A DNA stretch of 64,000 nucleotides from assembly GCA_947626005.1 (NCBI GenBank), contig CANQQM010000001.1:35496-99495 (forward strand). The letters run 5' to 3'. The position numbers were made by a program, and so were the translations under genes. The notes beneath the pieces are model-generated. The model worked only from the letters and a program-made list of their open reading frames with translations, was not told where the DNA came from and searched no databases. The DNA is from an uncultured Clostridia bacterium. GTDB taxonomy: Bacteria > Bacillota > Clostridia > Christensenellales > Borkfalkiaceae. This document shows, one piece after another, positions 18,147 through 26,239 of this stretch; the first letter of the stretch is position 1; each line of letters begins with the position of its first letter.

Positions 18147-18891
18147 GGTGCTTGCGACCGTCCTCGAGAATATCCGCATCGCCGAGGACGTCTTCGGGCT
18201 CACCTTTGCGACCGAGGAGCGCATTCCCGTGCGCGCGGGGCAGTTCTGCATGATCGGAACGGGAGACCTCCCGCTCCGCCGTCCCTTCGCCATCTGTAAG
18301 GCGGAGGGGGAACGCTACACCGTGTGCTACCGCCTCAAGGGGGCGGGGACGCGGTCGCTGGCGGAAAATTATCGGCAGGGTGAAAAGCTCTCCGTCCTCC
18401 TTCCGCTCGGGAACGGGTTCTCCCTTTCGGAAAAAGAGAAAAAGATCGCCGTTGTCGGCGGGGGCGTGGGCGTCTTTCCGCTCATTTCCGCCATCCGCGC
18501 CTTCGCGCAGGAGAAGGAGATCTACGCCTTCATGGGCTTCCGCAACCGCGCCGCCGTCTGTATGCAGTACGAGATGCAGCGGGGAAGGGAGCTCGTCCTT
18601 GCGACGGACGACGGGTCCCTCGGCTACCGCGGAACGGCGGTGCAGGCGTTTATGGAAAACTTCAACCGCATTTCCCCCGACGCCGTGCTCGCCTGCGGTC
18701 CCGTGCCTATGCTCCGCGCCTTAAAGAGCGCGACGGAGGGGCGGGGCGTGCCCGTGTATGCCTCCCTCGAGGAGCGCATGGGCTGCGGCATCGGCGCGTG
18801 CCTTGTCTGCGTCTGCGAAAAGGAGGACGGCTCCCGCGCAAGGGTGTGTAAAGACGGCCCCGTGTTCGAGCTCGGGAGCGTGCGTCTTTAA
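18139..18891 (+). CDS. pyrK: dihydroorotate dehydrogenase B electron-transfer subunit
   Basis: FAD/NAD-binding fold and C-terminal 2Fe-2S cysteines CGIGACLVCVC...C. Confidence 0.9.
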   Translation: MREVLATVLENIRIAEDVFGLTFATEERIPVRAGQFCMIGTGDLPLRRPFAICKAEGERYTVCYRLKGAGTRSLAENYRQGEKLSVLLPLGNGFSLSEKEKKIAVVGGGVGVFPLISAIRAFAQEKEIYAFMGFRNRAAVCMQYEMQRGRELVLATDDGSLGYRGTAVQAFMENFNRISPDAVLACGPVPMLRALKSATEGRGVPVYASLEERMGCGIGACLVCVCEKEDGSRARVCKDGPVFELGSVRL

Positions 18892-18932
18892 GAGTTTTTG
18901 CACACCGTCTACGGCTTATTGAAGGAGGACGC

Positions 18933-19841
18933 ATGGTCGACCTTACAGTGAATTTGTGCGGGGTGGAACTCAAAAACCCCGTGATCCCCGCCTCGGGGAC
19001 GTTCGGATTCGGCAGAGAATTCGACGAGATCTACGATATTTCGGTGCTCGGCGCGGTCGCGACCAAGGGGCTGACGCTCGAGCCGCGGGTCGGCAACCCC
19101 GTCCCCCGCATCGCCGAGAGCCGCGGGGTCATCCTCAACGCCGTCGGGCTGCAAAATCCCGGGGTGAAGCACTTCATCGAGCACGACCTTAATTGGCTCC
19201 GCGCAAAGACGCGGGTCATCGCCAACGTCGCGGGGGCGACGCTCGAGGACTATTCCGAGGTCTGCCGCCTCCTCGACGGGAAGGTGGACTTCGTGGAGCT
19301 CAACATTTCCTGTCCCAACGTAAAATGCGGGGGGATGGCATTCGGGATCCGCCCCGAATCGGTGGAGGAGGCGACAAGAGCCGCCCGCGCGGCGCTTGAA
19401 AAAACCCCCCTCATCGTCAAACTTTCGCCCAACGTCGAGAGCATTCCCGCCAACGCACAGGCGGCGGAGCGGGGCGGGGCGGACGCCCTTTCCCTCGTCA
19501 ACACCTTTACGGGGCTTGCGATCGACATCGAACGCCGCCGTCCCATCCTCGCAAACGGAACGGGCGGGGTGTCGGGCGCGGGGATAAAACCCATCGCCGT
19601 CCGCATGGTGTACGAGGCAAGCCGCTCCGTCCGCATCCCCGTCATCGGCATGGGCGGGATCGGCTGCGCGGAGGACGCGGTGGAATTCCTCATGGCGGGC
19701 GCTTCCGCCGTACAGGTGGGGACGCGCAACTTCACCGATTCCCTTGCCTGCCCGAAGATCATTTCGGGGCTCAAGACATGGTGCGAAAACCACGGCGTAA
19801 AGCGGGTTTCCGAACTCACGGGTGCCCTCAAACTCAAATGA
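18933..19841 (+). CDS. pyrD: dihydroorotate dehydrogenase B catalytic subunit
   Basis: GLQNPG, NISCPNV, GGI motifs. Confidence 0.95.
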   Translation: MVDLTVNLCGVELKNPVIPASGTFGFGREFDEIYDISVLGAVATKGLTLEPRVGNPVPRIAESRGVILNAVGLQNPGVKHFIEHDLNWLRAKTRVIANVAGATLEDYSEVCRLLDGKVDFVELNISCPNVKCGGMAFGIRPESVEEATRAARAALEKTPLIVKLSPNVESIPANAQAAERGGADALSLVNTFTGLAIDIERRRPILANGTGGVSGAGIKPIAVRMVYEASRSVRIPVIGMGGIGCAEDAVEFLMAGASAVQVGTRNFTDSLACPKIISGLKTWCENHGVKRVSELTGALKLK

Positions 19842-19851
19842 AGGAGGAAGT

Positions 19852-20505
19852 ATGTTAGAATACAAGAGAGAGTTCATCAAGTTCATGGTGGAGAGCGAAG
19901 TCCTCCTCTTCGGGGAGTTCACCTTAAAGAGCGGCCGCAAGGCTCCCTACTTTATCAATACGGGCAAGTACCGCACGGGGGCGCAGATCGCAAAGCTCGG
20001 CGGCTTTTACGCCGATTGCTATATGGAAAAGGGCATCGAGGCGGAGACCCTCCTCGGCCCCGCCTACAAGGGCATTCCGCTTGCGGTGTCGACGGCGGTC
20101 GCCCTCTTTCAAAAGTACGGCGTCGACGTCGGATTCTGCTTCGACCGCAAGGAGGAAAAGGACCACGGCGAGGGCGGACGCTTTGTCGGAAAACAGCTGA
20201 AAAGCGGCGACAGGGTGTGCCTTATCGAGGACGTCATGACGTCGGGCAAGGCCCTCCGCGAGATTTTGCCCAAGATCGCGGCGGAGGCGGATGTGCGCAT
20301 CGCGGGCATGATCCTCTCCGTCGACCGTCAGGAGCGGGGCACGGGGGAAAAGTCGGCGGCGGAGGAGGCGTTCGAAACGTACGGCATCCCCGTTCACGCC
20401 ATCGTGACCATGGAGGATATCCTCGAGGCGATCCAAACGGGCGTCATCGGGGGGAAGGAACATCTTCCCGCCATGCTCGCCTACCGCGCCGAGTACGGCG
20501 TATAA
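19852..20505 (+). CDS. pyrE: orotate phosphoribosyltransferase
   Basis: MLEYKREFIKFM N-terminus, PRPP motif CLIEDVMTSGKA. AAGGAGGAAG RBS before the internal ATG 19852. Confidence 0.95.
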   Translation: MLEYKREFIKFMVESEVLLFGEFTLKSGRKAPYFINTGKYRTGAQIAKLGGFYADCYMEKGIEAETLLGPAYKGIPLAVSTAVALFQKYGVDVGFCFDRKEEKDHGEGGRFVGKQLKSGDRVCLIEDVMTSGKALREILPKIAAEADVRIAGMILSVDRQERGTGEKSAAEEAFETYGIPVHAIVTMEDILEAIQTGVIGGKEHLPAMLAYRAEYGV

Positions 20506-20510
20506 AGAGA

Positions 20511-20532
20511 GCGCCGCCTCAAAGGGCGGCGC
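20511..20532 (+). terminator. GC-rich hairpin after pyrE without U-tract (weak or partial terminator)
   Basis: GCGCCGCC-TCAAAG-GGCGGCGC; no T-run follows. Confidence 0.3.
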
Positions 20533-20570
20533 GATTCATATCGGGAAGGGCGTTTGCATACCTTAGACGT

Positions 20571-23135
20571 ATGGAAGCGTATTCGAAACCCATCTCCGTC
20601 GTCTTTGCGGAAACGGGGAGCTCCGAGGCGGGACTTACCGCCCCCGAGGCCGCCTCGCGCCTTCAAAGAGAGGGGAAAAACGCCCTGACGGGCGGCAGGA
20701 AAAGGAGCGCATGGGTGCTCTTTTTTTCTCAGTTCCGCGACCTCATGACCCTCATCCTCATCGCCGCGGCCTTCCTTTCGGGGGTGCTTGCCTTCGTCAC
20801 GGGGGAGAGGGGGGAGCTCACCGACACCTTCATCCTCCTCTTCGTCATCCTCCTCAACGCCGTCGTCGGATTTTTGCAGCAATACCGCGCAGATCGGGCG
20901 ATCGACGCCCTCAAGCAGCTCTCGAAGGGGACGGCGAAGGTCGTTCGGGACGGAAAAGTGCTCGAGATCGACGCGGAGGAACTCGTCGTCGGCGACGTCG
21001 TCGAGCTCGAAGAGGGGGACGCCGTTCCCGCCGACTGCCGCATCCTCTCAAGCGAAGGGCTGAAAACGGACGAATCGGCGCTCACGGGGGAAAGCAAGCC
21101 CGTCAAAAAGTACGACTGCATTGTCACGCGGAGCGCCGTCGCCGAGCGCCCGAATACCGTCTTTGCCTCCACCTACTGCGTAAAGGGGACGGCAAGATGC
21201 CTCGTCACGGCCACGGGAATGGAGACGGAGATGGGGAAGATCGCCGCCCTCCTCAAGGAGGAAAAACGCACCCCGTCCCCCCTCGATTCGATGATCGCAA
21301 AACTCGGGAAGATCATAACGTTCGCCGTCTTTGCGGTCGCCGCCGTCCTCTTCCTCGGCGGAATGCTCGCGAGAAGGGTGGGGCTTCTCGAAAACCTCAT
21401 GTCGGCGGTCGCCGTCGCCGTGGCGGCGATCCCCGAGGGGATGGGGGCGGTCGTCACCGTCATCCTCGCGATGGGGGTGAAGCGGATGGCAAAAAGCCGC
21501 GCCGTCATGCGAAAACTCTCCTCCGTCGAGGCCCTCGGCAGCTGTACCGTCATCTGTTCGGACAAGACGGGCACGCTCACAAAAAACAAAATGTGCGTCG
21601 AAACGGTGCTTCCCGAGGGGGACGAGCGGGCGCTCTTTGCCTGTATCCGCGCCTGTCATTCGGTGAAGGGGGAGGCGGGCTCTTACCTTGGCGATCCCAC
21701 CGAGATCGCCCTTCTCGAATACGTCGACCGCAGGGGATTTTCCTACCCGTGCACCCGTCTCGGCGGCACGCCCTTCTCCTCCGAGCGCAAGATGATGAGC
21801 GTGCTTGTTCGGGAGAGGGCGGGGGAGGTGCTCTTTGCGAAGGGAGGCGCGGAGGTCATTCTCCGCCGCTGCAGCCGCATCCTCACCCCGCGGGGAATCG
21901 TGCCTCTCTCCGAAAAAGAGCGGGGGACGGTGCTAAAAAACGCCTCTTCCCTCTCGGCGCAGGCGATGCGCGTCCTCGGCTTTTCGTTCGGGGAGCGCGA
22001 AGAGGAGATGGTGTTCCTCGGGCTCGTTGCCCTCTCCGACCCGCCGCGGGAGGGGGTAAAGGAGGCGATCGCGACCTGCCGCCGCGCGGGGATCAAGACG
22101 GTGATGATCACGGGCGACAGCCCCGAGACCGCCTTCGCCGTCGCCGAAAAACTCGGCATCGCCTCCTCGCGTACGCAAGTGGTCACGGGGGAGGAAATTG
22201 ACGGAATGGGGGAGGATTTTGCCCGCCGCGTCCATGAGTTTTGCGTCTATGCGCGCGTCTCCCCCAAGCACAAGTCGGAGATCGTCGCCGCCCTTCAGGG
22301 GCGGGGCGAAGTCGTCGCGATGACGGGGGACGGCGTCAACGACGCACCCGCGCTCAAGGCGGCGGACATCGGGGTCGCGATGGGTTCGGGGACGGACGTC
22401 ACGAAGGGAGCGGCGGACGTCGTCCTCTCGGACGACGATTTCACGACGATGGTGCGCGCCGTCGAGGAGGGCCGCAACGTCTTTTTCAACATCAAGCGGA
22501 CGATCTCCTTCTTCCTTGCGACCAACCTCGCCGAAGTTTTATGCGTACTATGTATCGCTCTTTTCTTCCCGAAGTACGCCTTTCTCACCTCGACGCAGCT
22601 CCTCTGGGTCAACCTCATCACCGACTCGCTGCCCGTTTTGGCGCTCGGCGTGGAGAGGACGCAGGGCGCGATGGAGCGGCCGCCCGTTACGGACAGGGAG
22701 ATCTTCTCTTTCCGCGCCCTCGGGAAAGTCGCCCTTGCGGGAGGGGTGCAGGCGGCCCTTCTCATCCTCATGTTCGCCCTTTCCCTCAAACCGTGGGGGA
22801 ATGCCGCCGCGGCGACGATGGCGTTCGTCGGGCTCTCCCTCGTCGAACTCTTCCACGCTTTCAACGTGCGGCGGGAGGACGGGACCTCCTCCTTCTTTTC
22901 CAATCGGGTGCTGCTTGCGACGGTCGCCGCGGGGATCCTCTTAAGCGTTCTTCTCGTCGCCGTGCCGCCCCTTTGCGCCCTCTTCGACCTCACCCCGCTC
23001 ACATGGCCCCAGTGGGGCGTGACGGCGGCCGTCTCCCTCCTCTCCGTTCCTATAGTCGCCCTTTGCGGGAAGCTCTTTTCCCTCCCTCTCAAAAGGCGCA
23101 AAAGACGTATCCCGCTTGCCGGAACCGCTCGATGA
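20571..23135 (+). CDS. P2-type cation-transporting ATPase (Ca2+-ATPase-like)
   Basis: CSDKTGTLT phosphorylation site, MITGDSPETA, GDGVNDAPALK. Start at the internal ATG 20571 (MEAYSKPISVVFAE...). Confidence 0.93.
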   Translation: MEAYSKPISVVFAETGSSEAGLTAPEAASRLQREGKNALTGGRKRSAWVLFFSQFRDLMTLILIAAAFLSGVLAFVTGERGELTDTFILLFVILLNAVVGFLQQYRADRAIDALKQLSKGTAKVVRDGKVLEIDAEELVVGDVVELEEGDAVPADCRILSSEGLKTDESALTGESKPVKKYDCIVTRSAVAERPNTVFASTYCVKGTARCLVTATGMETEMGKIAALLKEEKRTPSPLDSMIAKLGKIITFAVFAVAAVLFLGGMLARRVGLLENLMSAVAVAVAAIPEGMGAVVTVILAMGVKRMAKSRAVMRKLSSVEALGSCTVICSDKTGTLTKNKMCVETVLPEGDERALFACIRACHSVKGEAGSYLGDPTEIALLEYVDRRGFSYPCTRLGGTPFSSERKMMSVLVRERAGEVLFAKGGAEVILRRCSRILTPRGIVPLSEKERGTVLKNASSLSAQAMRVLGFSFGEREEEMVFLGLVALSDPPREGVKEAIATCRRAGIKTVMITGDSPETAFAVAEKLGIASSRTQVVTGEEIDGMGEDFARRVHEFCVYARVSPKHKSEIVAALQGRGEVVAMTGDGVNDAPALKAADIGVAMGSGTDVTKGAADVVLSDDDFTTMVRAVEEGRNVFFNIKRTISFFLATNLAEVLCVLCIALFFPKYAFLTSTQLLWVNLITDSLPVLALGVERTQGAMERPPVTDREIFSFRALGKVALAGGVQAALLILMFALSLKPWGNAAAATMAFVGLSLVELFHAFNVRREDGTSSFFSNRVLLATVAAGILLSVLLVAVPPLCALFDLTPLTWPQWGVTAAVSLLSVPIVALCGKLFSLPLKRRKRRIPLAGTAR

Positions 23136-23769
23136 TGGCGGGGAGGGCCGCCGCGGTCGCACGGTGGGGCGCGGAGTCGTGGAGAAGAAGGACGACGGGC
23201 TCCTTGCCCTTGGCCGTTTGAAGGGCGGTTTGAAGGAGGGTCGCCGCGTCGGCGTTTTTGATCTCCTCATCGCCGCAGACGGCATTCCACAGGACGATGC
23301 GGTATCCCTTTTGGCGGAGGAGGGCGGCGGCCGAGGGGTGCTCGCCTCCCCCCGGGAAACGGTAGACGGCGGGGACGACGCCCGTCGTCTTTCGGATGAG
23401 CTTCGCGCACGCCTCCGCGTCGGCAAGGAGGGCCTCGTCCGAGGCGTAGATCTCCCGATAGCGATGGGTATAGGAGTGCACGCCGACCGTGTGCCCCTCT
23501 TTTACGATGCGGCGGAGGGTCTCCTCCCGCCCGAAGATGCGCTCTCCGACGACGAAGAAGGTCGCCTTGATCTGTTCTTTTGCCAAGGTGTCGAGGATGC
23601 TCTCCGTGACGACGGTGCTCGGGCCGTCGTCGAAGGTGAGGTAGATGCGCTTTTCCTCCGCCAAAGAGAAGACGGGCGCCGATGCGGTCAGCCTTGCGCC
23701 GAGGTGGGCAAAGAGGACGAGAAGCACCGCAAAGAGCGCTACGGCGAAGGAGAGAAACTTTTTTTGCAT
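23089..23769 (-). CDS. polysaccharide deacetylase family protein (PdaB-like)
   Basis: N-terminal TM, NodB motifs YLTFDDGP and HSYTH. Confidence 0.9.
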   Translation of the reverse strand: MQKKFLSFAVALFAVLLVLFAHLGARLTASAPVFSLAEEKRIYLTFDDGPSTVVTESILDTLAKEQIKATFFVVGERIFGREETLRRIVKEGHTVGVHSYTHRYREIYASDEALLADAEACAKLIRKTTGVVPAVYRFPGGGEHPSAAALLRQKGYRIVLWNAVCGDEEIKNADAATLLQTALQTAKGKEPVVLLLHDSAPHRATAAALPAIIERFRQAGYVFCAF

Positions 23770-23800
23770 ACCCCGAGTTTGGGTAAATTTTGCAAATTTA

Positions 23801-23829
23801 TTTACAACGCCCGCCGTGTGTGGTATAAT
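23801..23829 (+). promoter_or_regulatory. sigma-A-type promoter with extended -10 (TTTACA-17-TGgTATAAT) for galM
   Basis: TTTACA 23801-23806, TATAAT 23824-23829, then AGGAGG RBS. Confidence 0.6.
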
Positions 23830-23849
23830 GGGGGAAAGAGGAGGAAATT

Positions 23850-24887
23850 ATGATAACAACACGCGTTTTCGGAAAAACTTCGGCGGGCGAAGAGGTGCTC
23901 GCCTTCACCCTTTCGGACGGGGAGAGCTCCGTCACCGTCTTGAATTTCGGCGGCATCGTCCAAAGTCTTTTTGTTCCCGACCGCACGGGCGCCCTCGTCG
24001 ACGTCGTCCTCGGCTATCCCGATGTAGCGGGCTATGAGAAAAACGGCGGCTATCTCGGGGCGCTCATCGGCCGCTTCGGCAACCGCATCGGGGAGGGCAA
24101 GCTCACCGTCGACGGGAAGAATTATCAGCTGTACTGCAACGACCGCGGGAATCATCTTCACGGCGGGAAGAACGGCTTCAACAAGAAGATCTGGGCGCAT
24201 CGGGTGGAGGGCGACGCCCTCGTCCTTTCCATCCTCTCCCCCGACGGAGAGGAGAACTACCCCGGCAATTTGAAGGTCGAGGTGCGCTACACCTTCGAAA
24301 ATCGCACCCTCGGCATTGCCTACCGCGCCGAGACGGACAAAAAGACGGTCGTGAACCTCACGAACCACGCCTATTTCAACTTGGGCGGGGAGGGGAGCGG
24401 GCCCGTGCTCGACCATCTTCTTTTCATCGACTGCGACGAGATCACCCCTACAAACGACACGATGATCCCCGTCGGCGGCTACCGTGCCGTCAAGGGGACG
24501 CCCTTCGACTTCAATACGCCCAAGCCCATCGGGCGGGACATCGGGGCGGACGATCCCGACCTTAAGCGCGGCAACGGGTACGACCACTGCCACGTCCTCA
24601 AAAACGGGGCGGGGAACTTTGCAAAATACGCCCGTGCCGTGTGCCCCGCGACAGGGATCGCGATGACATGTTTTACCGACATGCCCGCCGTCCAGTTCTA
24701 TTCGGGGAACGGGCTCCATCAGGAGGGCAAGAGCGGATTTTACGGAATGCGGTCGGGCTTCTGCCTCGAGACGCAGGCGATCCCTAACAACCCCAACGTC
24801 CCCGAATACAGGGAGAAGGGGAGCTCCTATCTCGACGCGGGAGAGGTGTATTCCTACCGCGCGGCGTATCGGTTCTCCGTCGAATAA
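23850..24887 (+). CDS. galM: aldose 1-epimerase (galactose mutarotase)
   Basis: NLTNHAYFNL, FCLETQ and overall mutarotase pattern. Confidence 0.9.
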   Translation: MITTRVFGKTSAGEEVLAFTLSDGESSVTVLNFGGIVQSLFVPDRTGALVDVVLGYPDVAGYEKNGGYLGALIGRFGNRIGEGKLTVDGKNYQLYCNDRGNHLHGGKNGFNKKIWAHRVEGDALVLSILSPDGEENYPGNLKVEVRYTFENRTLGIAYRAETDKKTVVNLTNHAYFNLGGEGSGPVLDHLLFIDCDEITPTNDTMIPVGGYRAVKGTPFDFNTPKPIGRDIGADDPDLKRGNGYDHCHVLKNGAGNFAKYARAVCPATGIAMTCFTDMPAVQFYSGNGLHQEGKSGFYGMRSGFCLETQAIPNNPNVPEYREKGSSYLDAGEVYSYRAAYRFSVE

Positions 24888-24893
24888 GTGCAC

Positions 24894-24940
24894 AAAAAGA
24901 GGCCCGCTGCATGCCTTTGCAGCGGGCCTCTTTTTGTTTT
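24894..24940. terminator. bidirectional intrinsic terminator between convergent galM and SBP gene
   Basis: 13-bp stem GAGGCCCGCTGCA / TGCAGCGGGCCTC flanked by AAAAA and TTTTTGTTTT. Confidence 0.85.
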
Positions 24941-24953
24941 TAACGGGTACCTG

Positions 24954-26225
24954 TTATGCTTTATTGACGGAATCGGAGAACTGCTTTACGGCCTCCGCGG
25001 GGCTCGTTCCGTCCCCGACCGCCTGCAGCATGTTCCACCATGCGGTCCGCGCCTCCGCCCAACCGGGGGTGACCTGATAATAATCGTCGAAATAGTCGCT
25101 GAAGATGCCGTATTCGCTCATGAGCTTGTCGTTCTCGTAGAGACCGTCGATCTTGCGCACGGGCCAGTAGGTGGAGGCGATCACCGCTTGATTGTAGCAC
25201 TCCTCCGTGATGTAGCGGATGAAGGTCTTGGCGGCCTCGACGCGGGCGCTGTCCTCCTGCTTGAAGATGCCGAATCCCCAGATCCCGCCCTGAAGCGCGG
25301 GGGTCTCCCGATTGGTGGGGAAGGCCATCGGGAACACGTCGAAGTCGAGAGTACCGTTGATCGTTTGGGTGATCTCCTGCGAGACGTTCCAGCAGAACGC
25401 CATCGCGAGCTCTCCCGCCGCGAACTCGGCGATCTCCTCCGCCCCCGCGATCGTCTTGTCGAACACGATGCCGTCGAGCCCGTATAAAAGCTCGAGCGCG
25501 TCGATGTTCTCCTTGCTGTCGACGGTGTAGCGGGTGTGCGCCCTGTCGGTGTACGTCCCGCCGTAGAGGTTGTTGACAAGGGCACGCGTGCCCTGATCGC
25601 CGCCCTGCCCCGCGCAGTAGACGGCGGCGACCTTTTCGACGCCGCCCGTATGGAGGGCATTCACGGCGGAGACGAATTCATCCGTCGACCAGGTGTGCGT
25701 ATCTTCGTGGATATATTGCCATGCGCCCTTTTCCTCGAAGAGGTCGCGGTTGATCGCCATGCAGTGCGTCGTCATGCAGACGGGGTAGATGTAGTAGCTC
25801 CCCGCGCCGTCTCCGCAGGCGACTTCGACGTTCTCGGCGATCTCCGCCGCCTGTTCCCGCTTCCAGAGGTCGGAAAGGTCCTCCATCTGTCCGTTTGCGC
25901 CCCATTTGGCGACGAGCCGTTCGGGACCTTCGAAGATGAGGTCGGGCCCCTTGCCCTCCGCGAGCGCCGCGTCCACTTCGCTGTCGCCCGAGGTGTAGTC
26001 GACCGTCTTCATGGTGACGGTGATATCGGGATGATCGCGGTGAAAGGCCGCAAGGAGGGGGGAGACCGTCCCGAGCGTGCCCCAACCGCCCACGGGATAG
26101 GTCCAGAGGGAGAGCTCGATGGGATCGGAGGCGTCGTTCGGCCCCGACGGACGGGGTTCGACGGGCGCACACGCCGAGAGGAAGAGAAGGGGCAGGGCTG
26201 CAAACAGAGGCAAAATGCGTTTCAT
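24954..26225 (-). CDS. family-1 extracellular solute-binding lipoprotein (sugar-type), no adjacent permease
   Basis: Lipobox LLFLSAC and typical SBP_bac_1-like length and pattern. It lies 14 nt downstream of the kinase gene. Confidence 0.85.
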   Translation of the reverse strand: MKRILPLFAALPLLFLSACAPVEPRPSGPNDASDPIELSLWTYPVGGWGTLGTVSPLLAAFHRDHPDITVTMKTVDYTSGDSEVDAALAEGKGPDLIFEGPERLVAKWGANGQMEDLSDLWKREQAAEIAENVEVACGDGAGSYYIYPVCMTTHCMAINRDLFEEKGAWQYIHEDTHTWSTDEFVSAVNALHTGGVEKVAAVYCAGQGGDQGTRALVNNLYGGTYTDRAHTRYTVDSKENIDALELLYGLDGIVFDKTIAGAEEIAEFAAGELAMAFCWNVSQEITQTINGTLDFDVFPMAFPTNRETPALQGGIWGFGIFKQEDSARVEAAKTFIRYITEECYNQAVIASTYWPVRKIDGLYENDKLMSEYGIFSDYFDDYYQVTPGWAEARTAWWNMLQAVGDGTSPAEAVKQFSDSVNKA

Positions 26226-26239
26226 GGGGCAGTCTTTCC

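Noticed and set aside
20016-20570. N-terminal extensions in the ORF track. Examples: 20016-20570 before the ATPase, 32301-32747 before purF, 32768-34198 before purM, 43973-44455 before mutY, 46808-47350 before rbgA, 35488-35856 before the IMP cyclohydrolase, 57832-58038 before comEC, 9778-9906, 4971-5153
   Set aside because: These stretches overlap the preceding genes out of frame and translate to Arg/Pro/Gly-rich nonsense. The canonical family N-termini, with RBS or coupled starts, lie at internal ATG/GTG codons.
23770-23849. Sporulation-sigma (E/G/K) promoter for the polysaccharide deacetylase gene
   Set aside because: No convincing CATA-type -10 or matching -35 at a sensible distance from ATG 23769. 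A CATTATA is present but ~60 nt away, and it is simply the complement of the galM -10.
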